This document shows positions 37,601 through 49,600 of a DNA stretch of 64,000 nt, piece by piece (position 1 is the first letter of the stretch; the number at the start of each line of letters is the position of its first letter). Under the pieces are notes generated by a model. That model made no database searches and was not told the DNA's origin. It saw only the letters and a list, made by a program, of their open reading frames with translations. The stretch comes from Enoplolaimus lenunculus (taxonomy: Eukaryota), in NCBI GenBank assembly GCA_030248215.1, contig JASANG010000245.1, positions 248,001-312,000 on the forward strand. The letters run 5' to 3'. A program made the translations under genes and the position numbers.

Positions 37601-40600
37601 CTCTGATGCCGTAACAGGTAGTTTTGTACAAAAATTGTTAGTATCTTAAATATTATAAAAATAATAATTATACTTTGAAGGACAGAAACTTTGATTCAGG
37701 CGAGAAATCGAATGCATTAATCTACTTAACACATGGGTTGAAACGCAATAATTGAAGTACAATAAAATAACGTTTCGTCCGACGCTAATATAGAGATCTT
37801 TATTATAATGTTTTCAATTATAATGGTGTATTCTGTGTCGCACGGTTTTTCATTCCTGTTGTTTTTAAATATCCAAATGTCATGGCCAGTGCTACTTTCA
37901 GAGTCGCAATAGTGGCCAAAGCCTAAGCTTCAGAGCAACTATAGGTCTTAAACTAAGCGAAAGCCGAAACCTAGGCAAAAATTATTCCAAGGCCGGCATA
38001 GCACTCGTAAAATTGAAATGGGTCAATTTCATAAAAGTAAAGGAATACGGGTATATCGCCGCCGAAATTTCTAGAAAAACTAGAAAATTCACGTTCGTTA
38101 CCTTAAGTTACCCGACGTCACCGAACGGCATTAAAATAGTCAAACGGTATATCGCCACCCGAACTTGTCTATTTATATTTTAACAGATCTTCCATGCATC
38201 CAAGCGGTTCAAAAAGAAGCGTCGATGACGAATTCGCACCTGTTGGCGATGGATCGGCTGTTTCGTCTGGAGGGCTTCAATTGAATTTGCACTCTGCACC
38301 CGGGATCTATTCGGATCAAGATGCAACTCCGGTTGTGGAAAATATTCCTATTTCGATGCATGCAGGAGTTGGAGTGCCGTTTGATGTTCCAGGTAAATTT
38401 AGGTACCGAATAACATTAAATTCCTTTTCAGATTTGGAAACACTGGACATTTTGCTGCGAGTACACTTTTCGGCAAGTCGATAAGCTGCAACGTCGGACA
38501 CTGAAGTAAAATGAAAAACCAAGCTAAAATTTAGTCTTGATTTAGTTAAGCCACGTTTGCACATATTAAATACAACCATTACCAGTAATGCGCAAATGTC
38601 AATGCTATATCGGGTTGACATCCGGTCTGGGATTCGGTAAAATGTTTACTACCCATCTACAGCATCCGGTAAAATTAAAATAAAGTCGATCCCTGGTAAT
38701 TAGAACATCAGTACAGCAGATATTCGGGTATAATATTTCATGTAAAGTTAAGGGCAGTAGTAATAGAAATCCCGGTTCTATTTAACTGTTTCAGTTGGTT
38801 AAGCTCGTCAGTGTTGCTTTAAGATATTTCACAATCAAAACACAAACCGGGGCACGGAATTCCGGTTCCGTCCGCTTCCCTCCCGCCCCCAACGACCCTC
38901 TCACCCCAAAAAAAAAAACCCCCCCCCAATGTTACATATTATTGTATATTTGTATAGGTTTGGAATATGCAGATATCAACTCTGTCCAGTTGTCTGACTG
39001 GCATCCAGACGTGTCTCGGACGCTGTCTCAGATTGAAGATAGCTCCAGTGCAACTACATCAGATAGCGAACGGGGTTCTGATAAGCCGAGGAAAAAGGTT
39101 TCGAAATCCCGCATTGTCGAAGTGCCAGTTGAATTGATGGATTTGTCCGATATTACTGTCGCACAACGTGTTTCAGTATCTCCGATTGAGAAAATGGTAA
39201 AATATTATATACCTATTGTTTTGGCTTCACATTATATTTGAATTAATTATCGAATATTGTTTCACTATGTTGCTAAACTGAATACTTATGAAATTTTTGT
39301 TTAGGAATGAGTCGTATCGATACATTTCAGTTTGACACCGTTCTATATTTAGCTAACGGTGGCGTTACGGAGCCGCCCGTTACAAAATTTGTATTTACCA
39401 ATATATTGGCGCCTGAAGGTAGTAAAATAATCAAAAAGTGTGGCCTACCTTTCCAGTTTAACTGATTTATTGCGTTTCCGAAGCGGCATTGTCTTAATCC
39501 CGCTCACCAAATGCAAAGTTGATAATCAATGAATCGTATGCAAAAGTAATGGTCGCTGTGGGTTGAATTGTTGAAGGCCTAAATAGTATGGTTGTCGAAA
39601 TGGAAAGCAAAATAGTGTTGTTTAGTTTTGCTCTGAGTTCATTTAATTTACCAGCTTACAAAGGTTGCGGTACGGAAATTGACACAGATTGATGCTACAG
39701 TAACGCAAGGTTGTTTTAATGTTAGCGTTTGTTGGTATACAGCAATCAGTGATGTCTTGTATGACTTGTTATAGAGATTGAAATCAGACAGTCCGTCGCT
39801 GCTTCCTCCTGTATCCTACCGGAAAGATTCGTCGCTTGAGACGCCCAGACTTGTCGTAGCTGATAATGATAGCGTTTATTCGAAACAGATTTCCGCCGCT
39901 TCGCTCAAAAAATGCCCTGGTTGGATTTCACGATCTCCGCAAACACCTAGCGCATCCAGTACGACCAGTAGCAGTACTGTTGGCATTGGCGGTTTGCTGT
40001 TCGATACACCTCCACCATCTTCTGGAGTAGTTGATACGTTGTCACAAAGTAGCCGAGAAAAATTGGTGAAATTTTTTGGCAACGATTTCTCGGCTACTTT
40101 ACAAGCGAACAACCCGCCCGGTACAACTGTGTACGTAAGCGCTGCGGGTTCGCTTCCTGCAGTTGATAAAAAGTCGAGTCTTCCAACTGGCCGATCTAGC
40201 GATGCCCCTGTTTCAGATCAACAGTTGTTGTTCGTTGAGGTTAATTTTTGCAAAGATTTCATTATCACTGCTTCTCGTCTTGTTTGGTTTTATGTTTTAT
40301 GGTGACTGTTTGTTGTACGCTGTTTTTCCTTCCTTCACACGGCGCATGGTAGTTGTTTGTTAACAACATTTGTTTCTGCTAACACCGTACCTTTGGTGAT
40401 GGATCTGACCCATGATGGTTTGTAGTAAATAATTGTTGTGCTTATGAAATGTTACTAATGTATTTTGCCTAAGTCGCCGGCTTAAGTAAATACTAAACTT
40501 TTTGAACAAAAACAAATATATGCCATATGTGTGCCGCTAAAAGCTATACATGCTGCAACGGAAACTCCGTTTTGTGTGAGAATTCCGATTCCGATTCACA

Positions 40601-43600
40601 ATCAGTCCGAATCGGAACATTGAAATTTTAATTTTAATCCTGCTTGTTGTGATATGTTGCATAAAAATTCTGTGCATTTGTTTTAAATAATAATATGTTG
40701 TAATTTAGGTTTGCAGAACCAAAGAATTATCGCCAATTTGTTCATGCGACGGTTCGGAAAATTGTTGCCAGCCAACAGCAACACTTAATTAGTATTAGAT
40801 TTGTTAGCACAACTAGTCACAAAATTTGTGGTTCCGAATCCGATATAAATGTGCTGTTCCGATTCCGAATGTAATCCAGTTCCGCTTTGCACAGGGTTTA
40901 TTTTTTTCCAAAATTCGGCGAAGTTTTTGGTGGGTTTTTGAATATCAGTCGGTTTTTTTAATAAAATGGAGTTTTTTAAATACGTTCGAAAAGATACATA
41001 ATTACGTATACGTATTATATCTAATATTCATGCATATAAGTTTGCAAATACATATAAAATGTAGGCACTGGAACGAGTCATAACTGCTGTGCAAAGTGAA
41101 ACAACGGCTTGTGTAAGCTGTTGGTAGTTTAACAATCGGAATGGTGTTTTGGAATTAGTGGCTATATTTGTGACTGCCCATTATACCCATCCGGGCTGCT
41201 GAAAACATGCTGGCAACTTTCCCGTAGGGCCAGGGATTATTGTTAATTATGGAATATTATGTTTTTAAATAAGGTCCTTTTCCTCATAGAGTATATTACG
41301 CGGTAAGCCACTATTTACGAATCGAGTAAATATTACGTATATTCGTCTGAGTTAGAGTTTGATATAAGTTTGAGTACTAAGTAAAATTCTTTTCTGTGAA
41401 AAACATTTGGAAGTCTTGGTTGTGTTTCTGGTGGGTTTTTTTTAATTTCGCTTGGTGTTTTTGAAAAAAGTGAGTGAAAACCGTGTATTTCATCCCAAAA
41501 GCCACGACCTTAATTAGAGTAAGGTTCAAAGTATGCTTGAGCTATTAATCTACAATTTTTCAAATTTAGTCGGCGACTTAAGTATTTTCATAAGTACGCT
41601 TTTAACGAGTACAAAATTGTTAAGTAATTGCTTAGCACATACTTAAGTAGTCATACTTAAGTAGGGTTTGAGAAACGCAGTCATTGATTACTAAAGACTC
41701 GTTATGTAGCTTAGCTATGTATTTTTAGCGTATTCTGTTGCCAAATTTATACAGTTTATACAAGTTAATATGGCATTTACAGGCGTTGTCTGGCAGTTTT
41801 TGCATGCATATGCTTGCATTAATACAACGTCTTTATATACCAACACTCTAGTTCCCAAGCTGAACCCTTATTTATTTTAGTTAATCGGTGTTATTGAGAA
41901 CGCTGTAGGGGTATATATTTTTTGACAGCTTTTTCTTCAAGTTTGTTCATAAACCCGTTCAAATAATATGGTCATGTTTTGACTTCATTGGTTTTGTTCG
42001 AAATAATCAACCAGTTGTCTCTCGGTGTTTGCTAAAAATTTAATTAGCAAGCATTGCTGAATAGACGCAAAAATGGACACACAAGCTATATTATTTTAGT
42101 TTCTTGCTCTATTTTAGCTAAAGTTTCACTGTGAAAGTTACACAGTTGAAAATAATAATTATTGATCGTGAGAAATGGTAAATGTTCATACAGAGTCTGT
42201 CAATTTTTGTACTTATCCTCGTTACCGTCTATGTTTTTGTTGATGTCAAACATTTGCGCAAATACTTGAGCGAGGTTATAACGCTGATTTTCGTACATTG
42301 TAAACGATTCGCGGGGAACACAGTGAATTAAGCGACTAATTTTCAAAAATTGTTGTAATATTTCTTGAAATTATATTTTTAAGTATTTGTATGCATCTTT
42401 TAGTCTACTAAATGCCGATTTTGTCTGTCCTGTGCATGAAAATAACATTATGTATTATGACACCAGGTTTAGCAAAATCACTAATATTTTGTTGGTTGCA
42501 GTAGTTTTTTTGTTTTGTTTCAGTTTCAAAGTCAGTCTGCACGCGACTGTGATTCAGTAGTTTTGCGCACAAAACATTCGTTCAACATTGATCCAACATT
42601 AATCGAAACTACAGATAAACGATTTTCAATGCCTTCAAAGAATAACCGAAAACAACAACAACAACAACAACAGCAACATGAATGCGGCAGCGAATTACCG
42701 AATACTGGAAGAGTGTCTGGACGGCAACGTGAAAGCTTTGCTTCTTGGTTTTCAGCGCATTTTGTGAGTTCTTTGCGTCCGATTTTTAATCCGAGTATGA
42801 GCAGTAGCAGAACGCGCCTTTCAACAGCTGGTCCGGTTACAAAAACTCGAAGCAATGATAGCGCACTAGTAAGCAATAAGGTTGGTGCAGGGCGTGGGAT
42901 TAAGGGACAGGGTGCGGAATATTCTTGGTGCGTTGCGGATAGTTGCCAATCTAGAAAATCAAAGAGACGTAGGTCACGGTGTACGACCTCGCGGCGTCAA
43001 ATTAGCAGTAGCGCGCGAAAAAAGTTTTCAACTGCAACTTTTGCTCGTGGTATTAAACAGATGGCGTCCGCAGAGATTGGTGCACCAGCGTCTAGAGTAG
43101 CCGCAATGCAACGGCCAGTTTCTTGTGATGTTCGACTTGTTGTGGAAGATGTGGACGGAGATGGTAGCCGGTTTAATACTGGTGAACAGGTGAGGCATAA
43201 TTCGACAAAAAAGCTGCGAAAACACACTAAGCGGAAAAGGAAGTCGAATTTGCTAGCGGTGCCTCCAAATCAGCATGGCGGCAGTCGATGCAATAAGAAA
43301 AAAGTCGCATCGAAGCCAGATGGATCATACTCCAGTTTGGTCAAGGTTTCAGTCACGGAATATTTAGCGCACAGCCATTGCGTGGCGTGTGAAGAAGAAG
43401 AAAGCTCAGATGATAACGCTTTGTCCATCATTGAGGGTGTTATATTACGCCGGAAATCAGCAAACACTAGTATACAGCCACCGGTATTTTCGTTCAACAC
43501 GCCAACATCTTCGCGTAAATCAAATTATTGGTCGGAAGCTCCGAATCAGTTTAATGATCCAGCCAATTTAAGCCGGTTGTCGGTTTCCATCGTTGATCGT

Positions 43601-46600
43601 GCGAAAATGGATATTGACCGGTGTTGGACGGCGTTTTGTACCGCTGCTTTAGTTCAGGCATCTGATGCTGCTCTGCATCGATGTCATGCGATTGTTGTTT
43701 TTGAGCACTTATCACGTATAGTCTATTGTTGTGAAACGTTTATATTGATATTCTTGTCTCATCGCAGTAGTGGTTTACGGAGTCTGCAAAGCGGCAGACA
43801 GTGTTTACTGAAACCTGATTATAGCAGTTTTACTCGTGTTTCTCGGATGAAACTAGCCGAGTTTTATGATGGCGAAGAACCGGATGCGCTGTCGGGTCAA
43901 GAACGCAAGTTGAATGCGATTGCTATCTTGAAGGTATGAGTTTTCGTGTTGCGTGCACTTGGTAATGCATGGTGCTTGGTGCTACTGCTGCACTGTGGGT
44001 GCTAAATAACTAAGAGCTTGATTTTGGTCATGCTTCGACTAGCAGCATTATTCGGATCGCACTCTGAAATAGTAGTATTTTATCAGGTATTGCTTCTCGT
44101 TCAGTTTTCGTGTTTCCTAAGACATGCTTTGTCGAGAAAAGAACAAAAATTGAATGCAATTGCGTTTCTAAAGGTATAAGTAGCGTTTTTGGAGTGCACT
44201 TGCGCTTGCGTGGTGATAAATTTGTTTAACGCTACTGCGATCGAGTGGGACTAAAATACGCAGCGAAGGATTTGGGCTTGGGAATGCATTAAGCATTAAC
44301 AGTATTTTTGGTCGCATTCTGGATTGATAGTATCTCTAGCATGGGTTTGCTTGGTTGGCAGGTTTCTTTGGACATCATCATTGGCCTCTGAGGCTGTCGT
44401 CTACGTCGTGCGAATTTCAAATTATCAACAGTCTGCTCGTTTTTGTGCACTGGATTGCGAAGCGCATACGCTTTAGCGTCGTTGTTGAAATATTTTGTAC
44501 GGTCGTTTGCAGTTGATTTAGAATCTAGTAGTAAGCTTGGGAAGCTATGAGCGATCGGTTTGGTAGGTGATATTTTATTTTTTGTTGTGTGTAAGGTTGC
44601 GTTGTTATTCGTTACGTGTATTCTAAACGCACAGTTTTGTACTAACACTTGATTATTAATAACTTAAAGTTTTGATGCACCTTTACTAAAAATGCTTGAT
44701 GATGATGATGATTACTAAAAATGCTTGATGATGATGATGATAGCGGTGTTGAGGCGTGAGAAGCGAAGCTGTTTTGCGGCAAAATGACAATTTTACGTGT
44801 TAACTCATGGCAATCCTGAGGAAACTAAATCATTATAATTGGAAATCGTAATTATGGATATTTTTGATCGAAAATGAACAGTTAGGTTTGTAAATGCGTT
44901 TTTTGCATAATAATATTAACTAGTCTGCCAGTTTTGCGCAATGCGCAAACCTTAGCGAAAGCATAAAAATTTCCTTACAAATTTTCTTTTCATAGAACAA
45001 TCACGTGTATTTGTTAAGAAATTATTTAAAGCAAAGTAATGCTGGAAAGTTGCCCAAAATACGTATGTGGGGCGTTCCAGCTTTAATATATAGATATGTA
45101 GCATTTTAGAAGAATTCTTTTGAGGGTACATCAGTCGCTTATATCATGAAAATAGCATTTTGCCGGTGTAAATTTTGGCATCGGCAAAACACAACGCAAG
45201 TAATACTAAATTAAAATGATTGAGTTTAACTTTTTTCTTCAAATAGGCGCTGAAATATCTGGCTCCGGTATGTATGTTTTGTTATACGGTTGAACCTTGG
45301 ATTCCGTGTATATTTTGCTAAACTGGTACTGTTCTGTTGTACTCGACTTATATTGATACCAACATATTGCATGCATTTTAACCACAGTATTTACCACTGT
45401 CGCTTTCTGTTACTTTAAGAAGTGTTTAGCCCATTAAATACCCTCAAAATGATTGGACGTACCTAAATGACCATATCTGACGCTTTTATATACACATCAT
45501 CTCATATTTTTGTTCAGAATTTCCATGACGTGTACTGTAACTTATGGAGGTCTAAGGGAGATGTACAAGATCTGAACCCCCTAGGAATTCAATTAAACTT
45601 GGTATATTTTATAAATATCGACGCGTTGAGTTCAGCGGTACCATTGTTTAGAGCTGCAGGCCCCTGGTCGAAAAAAACAGAAACACCTTAATTAGAACAT
45701 TACAGTTAAGTTAAAAAATTAGCAATGTCTTGCATGTAATTTAGTTTCGATAAGCATCGTTTTTGGATTTACATCATCAGAGATACTCTCTTTTGAACGA
45801 ATGAACGTAATGCTTTGAAATTTGTCATTCTTTTCACAATATTGGTCACGGGCTCTACTCTGCCTGCGAGGTTTGAGATTCGTGACTACGGTAGTGGGCC
45901 GGTTTGTAAACCTACGGATTTCTAGCCGGACGATGGTGCTGTACACATTTAAGAATGCGTCTCCCGGAGGTATGTACATAGAATTTACCCGTTCATTTTC
46001 TCTTTGATTACATATCTATCAATCTGTTCCCATTCATTTCAGAGCCAGCACGCTGGGAAAAAATCATCGGCAATGGCGTCGTTCGAAGGATTGAGCATTG
46101 ACTCGCCGTCATCTGCGTCGCCTGCGGTTTTAACTGGTGTTCGCCGGTTAGGTTCAAATGCTGGGCCAGCAGTCAGTGCTATGTCACCGCCAGCCAGCAT
46201 GATTGAAGTAATGGCAAAAAGGTACGATAGGCATTTTTTTGATGGTGCCAAATTGACACTGTGAACTGGATTATATCGAAATCGGGATGGCAAAATTACT
46301 CCGGAATTCGTATCGGAATTGGAAGTAGAACTTTTGGTGAATCTCGGAGTTCTGCGAAGCATTGTATGGTTTGTACTCGGGGGTCAAAAAGTGGATGTCC
46401 GTTTATCTGTCTGTCTGTCCGTCCGTTCATCCGAAAAGAATCTCAGGAACCGCTGAACCAATTTTGGTACATTTTACCTGGGGTTTATTATTCTGGGGTG
46501 TTACCTCGCATTGGGGTTTCAAAGTTTAAAATTGGTTAAGCCTAAATTAAGACTTTTTACTGTATTCCACAGATTATTATGGTTACACGCAATCAATCAA

Positions 46601-49600
46601 ATTCGGTACTCTAAGGTTTTCGGGTGTGATAAATCTAAATATATTGTTAACCATTCAAATCTGATCTATGAATAGTTAGCTAATAATTAAGTTGTGTATT
46701 AGATTCATTGGAAAGTAAGTGGGTCAAACTATCCGTTTGTGCTTTATAAGTTTGGAATGTTTAACTGGACTGATTAAAAATAAGTATGTCCGAGTCATGT
46801 AGTTTTACTGCGACTGGTTAGACTCTGGGTGTAGAAAAAACAATTAATATGAACGAAATCGGAACTTGTTATAAATCGTAATTGTAACCGAAATCGAAAC
46901 TCAGTTTGCACCCACGCTTAGCTTCAAAGTAGAAGCCAGGAAAGATGTTGGGAAACTATTTCCTTAGCAATTGGCGTCAGGGTCAATATTCAAAATAGAC
47001 GCATTCAGTTTCAGGCCAGTATTGAATAGCTACATATTATTATGTACTTAGATTGCACGCTGGCGTAATATAGTTTTTGTTGCAAAATTTGAAGTGTTTT
47101 TGGTGGATGGTTAACCTCATTATGGTGTTTAAAAGTAGGCTATTGAAAAATTGCTAATTATGTAGTCAAAATTGAATCATATAACCTTTTAGAGTTGACC
47201 GAAAAATCATTCATTCTTTTGCATTGAAAGTAAACTATGTGAAAATTGTTTAATACCTTGTCGTTCTTTTTTCAGTGGAATGCTTGACAATCAAGGTCTC
47301 AAACGGTTAATCCTGAGTTGTCATCTGCCGTCGAAAAGCCTGGGCAGCCATCACGCGTCCGGATTTGTTCATCGGGCCCGGTTGCCGTTTGAACGAGCGG
47401 GTATCGGTGTCGGTAAATGGTTTAAACGATATCTGGTTCTCAAAGAAGCAATGCTGTATATGTATCGTGGAACAGAGGTATCGATTTGAAACTGTTCCTT
47501 ATGTGTATGGGAGCTACATTAGCAGATGATGTTAAGCACCGACGGGCCCGTAGATAGAGGGGGGCAGGTCAGCCCTGTAAAACGGTTTGGATCCTAGAAA
47601 TGTTTAGCCCCGCTGTAAGTATGTGAAATCATCAACCACACCTCTCGTTTAAAGTTTGGTGTTGCCCGAATGCAAACTATTATGTTGAGCTGGCTACAGG
47701 CCTGAACCGCTAATACTGTGCTGATAACAACGTTTTCTTTTGGTGGCGCAAAGTGTATTGTTCTTTGAAAATGATTGCGGAATTGGATCACAGCCGGATG
47801 TGTAAAGGGTATCACTCTAGAATACAGGAATGTTTTCGAATTTTGGTCTTATGTTGTTATCTTGTCCTTATTGTAAACTTTATTCTGTTTCAAAAACGCA
47901 TGCAAGGACAAAAATACGTGAAATTTCACAATCAGTATACTAAATCTATTAATTTGTTACAAAGCCAGGTCAAGTTTTTTGGCTACATATGAGCTGAATA
48001 CTACAATATTTATTTTAAAAGCTATATTGTAGTATTTAAAAACCGAATATTTACCACCAAACTGAATCATTCCGTCGATTTGGCTAAATAGGATGTTTGT
48101 CCGAGACCAGGCTTGGAGTTTGTTAATTCTGCCATATTATTATTTATTATGTATATACAATGTTTTAGGAAGTAAAAGCAGAAGGTGTGATATATCTTCC
48201 AAAATTTACTGTATGTCCAGTGGGTCCTGACTACAAAACTGGACGCAAAAAGTAAGTACAAGCAAAAACGATTTTAGTTATGAACGCGTGTTGTTTTGTC
48301 ATACGTACGAAATTGAAGAGAGAATTTAGTTGTGCTATTGACGTACATTCACGTTGCGTTAAATTATTATCTGTAATTTTTTTGTAATTTAGTCTGGATC
48401 GTGAAATTGATGCGATGTTTAAAACATCATAGGTTTGCTTTTGACTCGACTTTCACGATAGCAAGAGTGCATGATACAAGAGTATGCAACTCTTGGGGTT
48501 ACGCATGGTACAAAATGTACCCAGCACGCGTTGGGTTTTTGACCGATCTTCCTATTTAGAGGGGATACGACTATGCGAATAATGACACTGTATAGTTATA
48601 TCCAGCATCAAAAAGGCTCCACTTATAGTTTAACTTAGGGGCATTGCATGTGATAGCGACCCCTCTTACAGTAACGAGGGACGGTCAAAAACGCAACGCC
48701 CGGTGCTGGTACATTTTGTACCATGTGGAACTCCAACAGTTGCATACTCTTGTATCATACACTCTTCGTGATGGTGAGATGAGCAAAGTGCCGTCTTATC
48801 AACGGGCAGGGGACACTTATCGTTGTTTGCGTCTAGCCGGTTGTTGGTCTATATTGTTTTAGTGTTTTCAAAATTGAAAATCCAAGAATAACGTTCTACT
48901 TCTATGCTGATACACAGCAAGAATTCCACACGTAAGTTAACTTTGTATCATATTAGCTACGTTAGCCGTCTGATGTGATGCTCCGGGCATATAAGTTGCT
49001 CTGTTTACTAACATCGACCCTCCACTCAAAAGTGAGCGGGTAGGTTAAAAACAACGTGTGCTGGTATATTTTGCACTATGCAAATCCAGCTAGCTACATA
49101 CCTCTGTCTAAGAATCTATAATTGAGTCTTGGCATTACCCAGAATGTATTATGCAGTAATAGTGTGACATTAAAGGAGCAGTACGGGTATGTGTGACTTG
49201 TAGTATGACGCGGACAGAAGTATCTCTCATCCAATCGAGATGTGTATGCCATAGGCTTTTAACGAAACTATTCGAAACGCTGTGTTGAATTCGCTGATGC
49301 GAACATGGAACATGAAATACAGCGTAACTGTATGTAACTGAAGGTGTACAGTATCGTTAATACTTTCATTTCAATCAACGGGGTCGACAAACATAGGACC
49401 GTTTGATACTATGTACACCCCTGGTTGATGTGTATTGAGGAAGAAGTGTCATACTCTTCTTAATCATGTAGTCTTGGTATTACGAATCCAAGTTCAAGCG
49501 CTATCTTTTGAGTGCTGTCAGCTTTTTGTAAGTTCCAGTATTTTGAGACTCTCTAGACGTATTTTGAAAGTTGTGGGTTGATCGTGACGATTTCTTGTTG

